A stretch of DNA of 64,000 nucleotides from positions 14,092-78,091 of the forward strand of contig CAYVZI010000003.1 of the NCBI GenBank assembly GCA_964456475.1, read 5' to 3'. A model generated the notes under the pieces. That model worked only from the letters and a program-made list of their open reading frames with translations, was not told the origin of the DNA and ran no database searches. The position numbers and the translations under genes are program-made. Positions 1-8,082 of the stretch are shown in pieces; position 1 is the first letter of the stretch; every line of letters starts with the position of its first letter. The stretch comes from an uncultured Candidatus Saccharibacteria bacterium (GTDB lineage: Bacteria; Patescibacteriota; Minisyncoccia; Phycocordibacterales; UBA9973).

Positions 1-13
1 ATATGTCTACGAT

Positions 14-79
14 GGGGAACCACGTATGATCTGGGTTTTGTATGAAATAGTTCCTAACGTCGTCTAATAGGGTGCACAA
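14..79 (+). repeat. Direct repeat copy 1 (partner at 2871-2937). It is the 3' coding end (...EIVPNVV*) of an upstream gene that runs off the window.
   Basis: About 85% identity over about 66 nt to 2871-2937. Both copies end in frame with TAA. Confidence 0.7.
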
Positions 80-81
80 CG

Positions 82-113
82 AAAAACACCCTTACTCTGT
101 AAGGGTGTTTTTC
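82..113 (+). terminator. Rho-independent terminator after the upstream, off-window gene. Stem ACACCCTTA/TAAGGGTGT followed by a T-run.
   Basis: 9-bp perfect stem, 5-nt loop, TTTTT tail, read directly. Confidence 0.7.
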
Positions 114-171
114 TATACAAAATTGAGGTTGGAACCTGTTATACTTTTTATGCAAGTAAAAATGTAACTCT

Positions 172-1140
172 ATGTTTTCCTCAATTTTATTTCTCATAAT
201 TGGCCTCCTGCTTATTATTTTTGGAGCAGACTATTTCATAGCTGGCAGCTCGCTCGTCGCAAAGCGTTTTGGTATCCCCAAGCTCATAATTGGACTCACT
301 GTCGTCGCACTCGGCACTTCCGCCCCGGAATTTGGAGTCAACATTATTGCATCTATCCAAGGTCACAGCGAATTGGCACTCGGAAACATTCTGGGAAGCA
401 ATATCTCCAATGTTCTCGTGATTTTTGCTGGAGCTGCTATCTTTGCGAAAAAGGTTTTTATTTCAAAAAACAGCCTGACGCAGGTTTCCCTCACTGTACT
501 CGTCTCGTTTGTGGTGTTCGCACTCAGTATATTTTCATTCGGAGCCGAATCGAGAACGATCGTGCAGATCGAGGGGCTGGTACTGCTCGTCCTCGGCTTT
601 TTCTATTGGTTCTATCTCTACAAAATCACAAAGGCTGAGACAGAACGTCTGGAGGGTGATGATATTTCCGATAACAAACTGTCAAAGGTTTCATCTGTCG
701 CGTGGGTAATGATTATCACGCTTGCAAGCCTTATCGCGCTTCTGTACGGAAGTAATCTTGTAACGAATAGCGCGGTGTTCATAGCCCAGTCATTTGGTAT
801 TTCAGAGCTTGTTATAGCGGGAACGATTATTGCCATTGGCACATCGCTACCTGAGCTTGTTACCTCTATTCAGGCAGTAAGACAGAAACAGTTTGACCTC
901 ATGCTCGGAAATATTGTCGGTTCGAATATCGTAAATACGCTGTTCATTCTTGGGGCAAGTGTGCTAATTCGAGCCGTCCCCGTCGGAAATGATGCTATGC
1001 CATATCTTTATGTGAACAGCATTGCGCCGATATTGCTTCTTGTAGGGTTCACCCTCTTTGCACCGAGAGCATTCAAGCGTTGGCAGGCGATTTTTCTGCT
1101 AGCCGCTTACGGTATATTTTTAGTGTTCACTTTGTATTAA
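172..1140 (+). CDS. Ca2+/cation antiporter (CaCA, YrbG-like sodium/calcium exchanger)
   Basis: Ten predicted TM segments and two alpha-repeat motifs (GTSAPEF and GTSLPEL) typical of the CaCA family. Confidence 0.8.
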   Translation: MFSSILFLIIGLLLIIFGADYFIAGSSLVAKRFGIPKLIIGLTVVALGTSAPEFGVNIIASIQGHSELALGNILGSNISNVLVIFAGAAIFAKKVFISKNSLTQVSLTVLVSFVVFALSIFSFGAESRTIVQIEGLVLLVLGFFYWFYLYKITKAETERLEGDDISDNKLSKVSSVAWVMIITLASLIALLYGSNLVTNSAVFIAQSFGISELVIAGTIIAIGTSLPELVTSIQAVRQKQFDLMLGNIVGSNIVNTLFILGASVLIRAVPVGNDAMPYLYVNSIAPILLLVGFTLFAPRAFKRWQAIFLLAAYGIFLVFTLY

Positions 1141-1437
1141 ATGTGCGGAGAGAACCACCAAGATTCATTGAAATATTGTCAATAGTTGGCACAAAAGCTC
1201 CAATTCTAGGGGCTTTTTGGGAATTCCTACAGCTTGCTATTCGGGTTTTCGCTTATTTTGCTTGCATTGACCTCATATGGGCCTATACTTTAACTGAGCC
1301 GTATATTCCTGAAATTAACAGATCGGCACTTATTAATTGCACTATAACGTTCCAGTTTTTAGAAGAGTCGCTTAAAAGAATAGAAGATATTGGCCTTCGT
1401 GAACATACCACAAGGCATTTCTTTAATTTGAATTTAT

Positions 1438-2817
1438 ATGATCACCGTTATTGTTCCAACCCTTAACGAAGAAGAGACTGTCGGCGCTGTGGTGCGTTTT
1501 GCCCTCTCGTCTCAAAATGTGGCTGAAGTGGTCGTTGTCGATGACAAATCGTCCGACAGGACTGTCACCATTGCTCAGGAAGCCGGAGCTAAGGTCATTA
1601 CTAGCACGAAACTTGGCAAAGGGGCTTCCATGAAGGATGCGATCTTATGTGCGAAAAGCGAGATCCTCGTTTTTCTCGATGGGGACATTGACCCATACCC
1701 TTTGGGAACGATCGAGCTTCTTGCCGGGCCGATCGAGGAGGGCAGGGCGGATTTTGTAAAATCTACATTTAGCCGGAATGCGGGACGCGTTACAGAGCTT
1801 GTTGCGAAGCCGCTCCTCAGTATTTTCTTTCCGGAACTGCTCAAATTCGGGCAGCCATTGTCGGGAATGATAGCTGGGAAAAAATCCCTGTTTGAAACTC
1901 TCGATTTCAGCGACGATTATGGGGTGGATATCGGTATTTTGATTGATATGCATACACAAAAAGCGAGAATAGAGGAAGTTCAAATTGGATATATTGAAAA
2001 TAAAAGCAAGCCTTGGCAGGAGCTCGGCAAAATGAGCAAAGAAGTGGCGCAGATGATAATCCTGAAGGCCTCAACTTCAGGCAATGCTCAAATAAACTTT
2101 GAAAACCTCGGCATTATAAATGAAATCCGGTCGCAGATGGATTTTCCGATCACGGAACAGTCGAAAAAGCTTAAAAAACTCATTGTCTTCGATCTCGACA
2201 ATACCATCCTCGTCGGACGGTTCATCGATGAGTGCGCCCGAAAGTTCCGCTTTAAGGGTAAACTTGCTGCTTTGCGGGCAAAGGAAAAAGATCCTGTTAT
2301 TTTGACAAAGCATATCGCACTCCTGCTTAAAGGGGTCAACTTTGGTGAGCTGATAAAAGTCCTCGATGGGATACCGCTTGTGAAAGATACCAAAGAAGTT
2401 ATTGCCGAACTTAAGCAGAGGGGCTATGTGACAGGGATAATCTCCGACAGTTACGATTTCGTAGTCAATCACATCAAGAACAGTCTCGGCATGGAGTTTT
2501 CCATCGGGAATGAGCTTGAATTCTCGAAAAGCCTATGTACCGGCGAGGTGAAGATACCATCCCATCTAATCAGGAATGAAAAAAGCCTCAATGACCTTCC
2601 TGTGTGCAAGACAAACGCGCTCATGCATATCCTCGACAAGTACGGCATTCGAATGAAGAACTGCATTGCCGTGGGAGATGGGATCAACGATCTCGGAATG
2701 ATAAAAGAGGCGGGGCTCGGAGTGGCTTTCTGTTCGAGCGAACCGCTCCTTAATTATCATGCAGATATTATTATTTCCAAGAGGTCATTCAACGGGTTAC
2801 TGAAGAGTGCGCTCTAG
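1438..2817 (+). CDS. Bifunctional family-2-like glycosyltransferase fused to a C-terminal SerB-like HAD phosphatase domain
   Basis: N-terminus IVPTLNEEETVGAVV...VVVVDD...DGD matches the GT2/GT81 fold. C-terminus carries HAD motif I FDLDNT and motif IV GDGINDLGMIKEAGLGVAF. Confidence 0.7.
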   Translation: MITVIVPTLNEEETVGAVVRFALSSQNVAEVVVVDDKSSDRTVTIAQEAGAKVITSTKLGKGASMKDAILCAKSEILVFLDGDIDPYPLGTIELLAGPIEEGRADFVKSTFSRNAGRVTELVAKPLLSIFFPELLKFGQPLSGMIAGKKSLFETLDFSDDYGVDIGILIDMHTQKARIEEVQIGYIENKSKPWQELGKMSKEVAQMIILKASTSGNAQINFENLGIINEIRSQMDFPITEQSKKLKKLIVFDLDNTILVGRFIDECARKFRFKGKLAALRAKEKDPVILTKHIALLLKGVNFGELIKVLDGIPLVKDTKEVIAELKQRGYVTGIISDSYDFVVNHIKNSLGMEFSIGNELEFSKSLCTGEVKIPSHLIRNEKSLNDLPVCKTNALMHILDKYGIRMKNCIAVGDGINDLGMIKEAGLGVAFCSSEPLLNYHADIIISKRSFNGLLKSAL

Positions 2818-2870
2818 GGTCATGATTACGATACTGACGATATTTTTTCCAGCCTCCATATATCCACAAT

Positions 2871-2937
2871 AGGGAACCAGGTATGATCGGCATTTCTGAT
2901 GAAATAGTTCCTAACGTCGTCTAACAGGGAGCACAAG
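2871..2937 (+). repeat. Direct repeat copy 2: a degenerate gene 3'-end fragment
   Basis: Translates to ...YIHNREPGMIGISDEIVPNVV*, against ...YVYDGEPRMIWVLYEIVPNVV* in copy 1. Confidence 0.7.
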
Positions 2938-3195
2938 TAAGATGCCCTCGACGATTACGTCTAGGCGGTTTTTCGTGCGCGAGAAGTAAACCATTGGTTT
3001 ACGTGAAGACTTGAAAGCTCGGGCGGGGACCCATTCAGCAGAATGGGGCGCACGAGCAGGGCCGAGAAATTTTTTGAGTGGCGACGAAAAAAATGTTCTT
3101 GGTCAAGACATAATTCTATTGTGAACAAGACAGACTTGAAATCCTCAGCGTTGACTGGAGAATAATGCCGGGGAAAATTTTGATATACTACACAT

Positions 3196-3567
3196 ATGGA
3201 AAACACAAAAATTAAGAATCTTGCATTTGGCGTCGTGGGTATTATCATCGGACTTATAATTTCTTTTTATTTTTATGGCAATAAAAATGACAATACCATT
3301 GCTCATCAGTCGATGAATGAGGGAAGTATGCATGACACTATGACAGGTATGGTCTCTGGGCTTTCGGGTAAAACAGGCGATGCGTTTGATAAAGCATTTA
3401 TCGACGAAATGATTACTCATCATGAAGGCGCAGTTGTAATGGCAGAGAGTGCACTCAAGAATGCAAAACACCAGGAGATTAAGGACATGGCAGATGCTAT
3501 TATTTCTGCACAGACAAAGGAAATTAATCAGATGAAGGAATGGCGTTCATCTTGGTACGGAAATTAA
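3196..3567 (+). CDS. DUF305-family membrane-anchored protein
   Basis: N-terminal TM segment. DKAFIDEMITHHEGAVVMAE...AQTKEINQMKEW matches DUF305 His-rich helices. Confidence 0.6.
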   Translation: MENTKIKNLAFGVVGIIIGLIISFYFYGNKNDNTIAHQSMNEGSMHDTMTGMVSGLSGKTGDAFDKAFIDEMITHHEGAVVMAESALKNAKHQEIKDMADAIISAQTKEINQMKEWRSSWYGN

Positions 3568-3608
3568 ATGGAGAAAAAGTACTCATTCGGGTATAATGGT
3601 ACCTGTTC

Positions 3609-4157
3609 ATGATTGACCTAGAATCCATCAAGAAGACCCATTATATTTCCTTATTTGTACTTATCGTTATCGCGGGAAGTCTTATTTTGCTTGTCCAAAA
3701 AACGAACGAAATACGTTCTGCGACATTCGAGACTCTTCACAAAACAGCAACTTCACCAGTTTTTGTTGATTATTCAAACAAGCCAAGTGCGACGATCGGA
3801 AGCACGCGAGTCTTTTTGGAGGTTGCACAAACAAGCGGGCAAATACAAAAAGGATTGTCTGGTCGCCCGTCACTGGGTTTACAGAACGGAATGCTTTTTG
3901 TTTTTCCTAAGCCTGCGATATACAAGTTTTGGATGCCAAACATGCATTTTCCGCTCGATATGATTTGGATTCACAATGGCAAAGTTGTGGATATATCTGA
4001 AAACGTGCCAGTCGCTTTCGATACCGCCAACCCGATTTTTTATAGACCAAAAGTTCCAGCTCAATATGTAATCGAGGTAAATGCCGGATTCAGTTCTCGT
4101 CACGGTATTACAGTGGGGGATGTGGTTGTGTTCAAAAATATCTCCCGAAAACAATGA
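3609..4157 (+). CDS. DUF192-domain protein
   Basis: GMLFVF...FWMPNMHFPLDMIWI motif typical of DUF192. N-terminal TM segment. Confidence 0.6.
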   Translation: MIDLESIKKTHYISLFVLIVIAGSLILLVQKTNEIRSATFETLHKTATSPVFVDYSNKPSATIGSTRVFLEVAQTSGQIQKGLSGRPSLGLQNGMLFVFPKPAIYKFWMPNMHFPLDMIWIHNGKVVDISENVPVAFDTANPIFYRPKVPAQYVIEVNAGFSSRHGITVGDVVVFKNISRKQ

Positions 4158-5179
4158 TTATACAAGAAGCAACAAATTTTAGTCCCGAAGCATGGGATTC
4201 ATTTATACGTGAACATTATCCACCGGTGGGGGCTTTTATGCAGACGTTTGCTTGGGGTGAGTTTCAAAAGGAACTCGGGCGATCCGTTACTCGATATGAG
4301 ATCAGAGACAATGAGGAGATAATTGCAGTTTTTACTTATGTTGAACACATGCTCCGTTTTGGGTATGCATACGGATATATTCCCCGTGGCCCAGTGGTAT
4401 TGTCGAGTATCGATTCAAAAAAGATTCCCGAAATACTGAGTGCTATTGGTGTGTGGTCAAAAAAACAATTTCCTCATCTTATTTTCTTACGAGTTGAGCC
4501 ACCAGTGCCGTTTTTAAACGAGTACAAGCTCCCTCACTTTTGGTTTCCTGCAAATTATATCCAGCCAAAATACAATGCAACCATAGACGTTACGAAGAGT
4601 GAAGAGGAAATACTCGGTTCTTTCCATCCTTCCACTCGTTCAAACGTGAAGCGAGCAGAAAAACGCGGAGTTTCAGTCACAATGAAAGAGAGCATTGATA
4701 CCTCAGAGTATCAAGTTTTTGTGGAGATGATGAAAGATACAATCAAGCGCAATAGTGGACAGAACGCGTATTCCGGCGATGCATATTTTCGAGCCCTGTT
4801 TGAAACTGTTCCGTTTACTGTATTTTATGGACACCACGAAGGCAAAATTGTTTCAGCCCATTTTGTTTTATTTTTTGGAGAGACTGCTACCTATTTGTAT
4901 GGTGCTTCACATACGGCACATTTGAAATCAAAGATTGATACTTACTTACATTGGACAGCGATGAAAGAAGCAAAGAGACGAGGTTGTAAGTGGTATGACT
5001 TAGGCGGTATCGATTCAAAGCGTTGGCCGAGTCTGACTGCATACAAGCGCCAGTATCGTGGTCGTGAATTTGAGTATATAGGTACTATCGAGATCCCGTT
5101 TCGTTTGCCTCACTATCTCATATATACTGTGGCGAGAAACGCAAAAATATGGTTTTCAAAAATCACTTCAAGAAAATAA
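4154..5179 (+). CDS. FemAB-family peptidyltransferase (aminoacyl-tRNA-dependent peptidoglycan branch formation)
   Basis: Length and GNAT-like FemX fold signatures (ATYLYGAS, tandem acetyltransferase-like halves). Confidence 0.55.
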   Translation: MIIQEATNFSPEAWDSFIREHYPPVGAFMQTFAWGEFQKELGRSVTRYEIRDNEEIIAVFTYVEHMLRFGYAYGYIPRGPVVLSSIDSKKIPEILSAIGVWSKKQFPHLIFLRVEPPVPFLNEYKLPHFWFPANYIQPKYNATIDVTKSEEEILGSFHPSTRSNVKRAEKRGVSVTMKESIDTSEYQVFVEMMKDTIKRNSGQNAYSGDAYFRALFETVPFTVFYGHHEGKIVSAHFVLFFGETATYLYGASHTAHLKSKIDTYLHWTAMKEAKRRGCKWYDLGGIDSKRWPSLTAYKRQYRGREFEYIGTIEIPFRLPHYLIYTVARNAKIWFSKITSRK

Positions 5180-6219
5180 TCGCGGGCATCATTCTTGTCA
5201 TTATTGCAACGGCGGTATTTTTCTCTATTCAAAACAGGAACCCAAAAGTATCGGAACAAGTCGGTGTTGATCCAAAAATACTCCAGTCTGAAAAAGTCAC
5301 GCCGGAAATTCTACCGGTCTCATTGTTGCTTGATAATGGGGGATGGTACGCTGCTCAAACGTTCAACAACTGTGCGCCAGCAGCTCTTTCGATGAGTTTG
5401 GCCTATTATGGAATATATGTAGATCAGCAAACGATAGCGAATACATTGCGACCAAACAACAATACTTCGGGGAAAAATGACGAGAAATCTACTCCTCCCG
5501 AACAGATTGCAGCAGAAGCAGAAAAGCATAGTCTTGTTGCATACTATCGTCCAAATGGCAGTATCGATCTTCTCAAAAGAATGAACGCCGCAGGTTTTCC
5601 GGTGATTGTGCGCACTCGACTCAATACAAAAGAAGATTACGCTCATTATCGAGTAGTTAAGGGATACAACGATATAGATAGAGTGATTATTCAAGAAGAC
5701 GGGTACGAAGGGGAACATGTTGCGTATTCATATACTGAATTTGAGCAGTTGTGGAAACCTTTCCATAATGAATACGTAGTGTTTGCAACACCTGAGAAAA
5801 AGACAAAATTAGAATCAATACTTGGGGCTAATTTGAACGAGTTTGCCGCTTGGAAAGAAGCTGTAGTTAAAGCCGGTACCCCGTTTGCTCTTTCTGTTGC
5901 GTTGTATCACCTTGGAGACTATCAAGGGTCCGTAGATGCGTTCAAAAAAGCCGAACCTGCTTTGACCAAACATGCCCTCTGGTATCACATTGAACCGATT
6001 AAAAGTTTGTATGAGTTGGGGGAGTACGAAAAAGTATTTTCACTGGCGGATCAAATCTTCAAAGATGGAAATGTTGCATACACCGAATTGTATGTGGTTC
6101 TCGGCAAGAGCTACTTGAAGCAGGGGAATACAACTGCTGCTCGAATCGCATTTGAAACAGCGCTTCGTTATAATAAAAATTTCAAGTCTGCGCAAGAAGC
6201 ACTTGCAGAGATGCATTAA
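5149..6219 (+). CDS. Membrane-anchored C39-like cysteine peptidase domain protein with C-terminal TPR repeats
   Basis: N-terminal TM segment. GGWYAAQTFNNCAPAALSMSLAYYG matches the Peptidase_C39-like catalytic Cys region. C-terminal TPR-like helices. Confidence 0.5.
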   Translation: MVFKNHFKKIIAGIILVIIATAVFFSIQNRNPKVSEQVGVDPKILQSEKVTPEILPVSLLLDNGGWYAAQTFNNCAPAALSMSLAYYGIYVDQQTIANTLRPNNNTSGKNDEKSTPPEQIAAEAEKHSLVAYYRPNGSIDLLKRMNAAGFPVIVRTRLNTKEDYAHYRVVKGYNDIDRVIIQEDGYEGEHVAYSYTEFEQLWKPFHNEYVVFATPEKKTKLESILGANLNEFAAWKEAVVKAGTPFALSVALYHLGDYQGSVDAFKKAEPALTKHALWYHIEPIKSLYELGEYEKVFSLADQIFKDGNVAYTELYVVLGKSYLKQGNTTAARIAFETALRYNKNFKSAQEALAEMH

Positions 6220-6254
6220 TTTTAGATAAGAGTTCTGTACGGTATAATATCTAT

Positions 6255-6590
6255 ATGGCAAAATTGAAAGAATCACAATGTATTCCATGTAACGATAAGG
6301 ACTTGAAACCGCTTACCAAGATCGAAGCAGAGCTCTTGATGACCGAGCTCACCGGATGGGAATTGTCGCGTGACAGTAAGTCGATCGACAAAAGCATGGT
6401 CTTTAAGAATTTCGATAAAGCTATGGATTTTGTGAATATGGTTGCCGATGTAGCCGAATTTGAACAGCATCATCCAGATATCGATATACGATACAACAAA
6501 GTAGAACTCGTCTTGTCGACCCATTCTATCGGCGGACTATCCCGCAATGATTTTATTGTCGCCGCCAAGATTGACGCGATTTATTTGTAA
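6255..6590 (+). CDS. Pterin-4a-carbinolamine dehydratase (PCD/DCoH family)
   Basis: EFEQHHPD motif and size of about 110 aa. Confidence 0.65.
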   Translation: MAKLKESQCIPCNDKDLKPLTKIEAELLMTELTGWELSRDSKSIDKSMVFKNFDKAMDFVNMVADVAEFEQHHPDIDIRYNKVELVLSTHSIGGLSRNDFIVAAKIDAIYL

Positions 6591-6612
6591 TCTTAATTTT
6601 TAATTATTTTTT

Positions 6613-7050
6613 ATGTATTACCACATTCTACTCGCACTCATTGGTCTCGCCGGTTTTTGTATCGCTTCGTACATTTCTCATTGCAAAAATAAAAAGAAAC
6701 CACTCGTGTGTCCGCTTCGCACAAGTTGTGATTTTGTTACGACGAGTGACTATTCAAAATTTCTCGGGATCCACATCGAACACATTGGAATGGCATATTA
6801 TGCCATTGTGACATTGTTGCATTTCAGTATCGTATTCTTCCCTGAATTTGCTACATTTCCTGTTTTGTTGGCAGGACTCACCGCCTCGTCTTGTGCTTTT
6901 CTCTTTTCTTTATATCTCACCGGTATTCAGGCGTTTGTACTTAAGCAATGGTGCACTTGGTGCATTACATCAGCGGTTCTCTGCGCATTAATATTTGTAA
7001 CCACCTATCTTTCTTGGACCGGGGCACCGATTCTCGACATTCTCTCATAA
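6613..7050 (+). CDS. VKOR-family (vitamin K epoxide reductase-like) membrane thiol oxidoreductase
   Basis: Four TM segments, a loop Cys pair (C..C), and a TM CxxC (TWCITS). Confidence 0.5.
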   Translation: MYYHILLALIGLAGFCIASYISHCKNKKKPLVCPLRTSCDFVTTSDYSKFLGIHIEHIGMAYYAIVTLLHFSIVFFPEFATFPVLLAGLTASSCAFLFSLYLTGIQAFVLKQWCTWCITSAVLCALIFVTTYLSWTGAPILDILS

Positions 7051-7187
7051 AACTCGCTTTTTAAACGTTTTTTTGTTATAACTGCTAGCGAGGAAGCCAG
7101 CGAAAGCTTGCTTTTATTGGGTCCGAGCGAAGCAGTTATATGTGCTCATATAACATAAGGCTTGTTTTTCTTAAGAAAAACCAATAT

Positions 7188-7263
7188 GGAGGCTATGGTG
7201 TAACGGTTAACACTGAGGTTTGTGGAACCTTCGATTCGGGTTCGATTCCCGATAGCCTCCCCA
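7188..7263 (+). tRNA. tRNA-His: tRNA-His (anticodon GUG) with G-1 and encoded CCA
   Basis: Cloverleaf folded by hand. G-1 pairs with C73. Acceptor GAGGCUA/UAGCCUC, D stem GUGU/ACAC, anticodon stem GAGGU/ACCUU with loop UUGUGGA, T arm UCGGG-UUCGAUU-CCCGA, then CCA. Confidence 0.85.
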
Positions 7264-7300
7264 AATAAAAATCCCGGCTTTTGGCCGGGATTTTTATTTG
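7264..7300 (+). terminator. Rho-independent terminator after tRNA-His
   Basis: AAAAATCCCGGC-TTTT-GGCCGGGATTTTT. Confidence 0.75.
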
Positions 7301-7453
7301 GAGGACTAAGCGAGACAACTGCTTGTCTCGCGTGCGGGAATCGAAAGCCGCAGCCTACGAAGTCCGATGTACTCATCGGTAGGAGAGGTGGGGTCGAGAA
7401 CACTTAGTCCTCGCAATGTGTACTCACCTGAGAAGACTTAGTGATTCGTGACC

Positions 7454-7476
7454 GATTCCCGATAGCCTCCCCAAAA
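7454..7476 (+). repeat. 23-nt duplicate of the tRNA-His 3' end (T-loop and acceptor 3' strand plus CCAAA)
   Basis: CGATTCCCGATAGCCTCCCCAAA is identical to 7243-7265. Confidence 0.8.
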
Positions 7477-7478
7477 TT

Positions 7479-7508
7479 TACAAAATACCGCCCATTAGGG
7501 CGGTATTT
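7479..7508. terminator. Bidirectional terminator hairpin at the mscL 3' end
   Basis: AAAATACCGCCC-ATTA-GGGCGGTATTTT. Confidence 0.7.
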
Positions 7509-7523
7509 TGTAGGAAGAATGTC

Positions 7524-7922
7524 TTATATAGATTGAGTGCAATGCGCACAACGTTTTGCATTGATTGGAACCTTGCTTAAACACTCAGCGCATTCTTTGT
7601 GTGTCGGCGCCTTCGGATTTTTCTTTTCTGCTCGAGCAATGAGGAGGTTCATTGGCTTGATGACAAAGAAGAATATAGAACTTGCAACGAGCAAGAATGA
7701 GATGAGGCTATTAAGGAAATGCCCGTACATAAATTTGCTTCCGTTTATAACAAATGAAAGACTTGAAAAGTCTGGTGTTTTGGCGATTGCTCCTATAAGG
7801 GGAGTGAGGAGATCTGTAACAAGCGCAGTTACAATAGTACCAAATGCTGCACCGATCACGACACCGACTGCCAAATCGACGACGTTTCCTCGAAGTAAAA
7901 ATTGTTTAAATTCATTAAGCAT
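7524..7922 (-). CDS. mscL: Large-conductance mechanosensitive channel MscL with a C-terminal Cys4 zinc-ribbon-like tail
   Basis: MLNEFKQFLLRGNVVDLAVGVVIGAAFG is the MscL signature. The tail is CAEC...CAHC. Start placed at the internal Met. Confidence 0.85.
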   Translation of the reverse strand: MLNEFKQFLLRGNVVDLAVGVVIGAAFGTIVTALVTDLLTPLIGAIAKTPDFSSLSFVINGSKFMYGHFLNSLISFLLVASSIFFFVIKPMNLLIARAEKKNPKAPTHKECAECLSKVPINAKRCAHCTQSI

Positions 7923-7958
7923 GCAGAAAGTGTACTTGAAAATGTTGATTTTTGGCAC

Positions 7959-7986
7959 TTGACACGAATTATTACGATAGTATACT
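7959..7986 (+). promoter_or_regulatory. Sigma70-like promoter (TTGACA, 16 nt, TATACT) facing the helicase gene
   Basis: Consensus -35 and -10 hexamers read directly. Confidence 0.45.
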
Positions 7987-8082
7987 TGTTGTATGTTTAT
8001 ATACTGTTATAAGCTAATTAATACAATCAGCCCAAAGAGCATCTACTAACTCCGCGAAAGCGGTTTTTTTCTTGCCAAAATT

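Noticed and set aside
509-842. Short ORFs 509-709 (+) and 618-842 (-) inside the antiporter gene
   Set aside because: They are fully embedded in, or antisense to, a well-supported CaCA CDS and have no domain features. Typical shadow ORFs.
1080-1466. 128-aa ORF bridging the antiporter and GT-HAD genes
   Set aside because: It spans the intergenic region and overlaps both neighbours out of frame. No features.
7146-7407. ORFs 7146-7403 (-) and 7222-7407 (+)
   Set aside because: They overlap the tRNA-His gene, its terminator and the structured downstream segment. The translations are low complexity.
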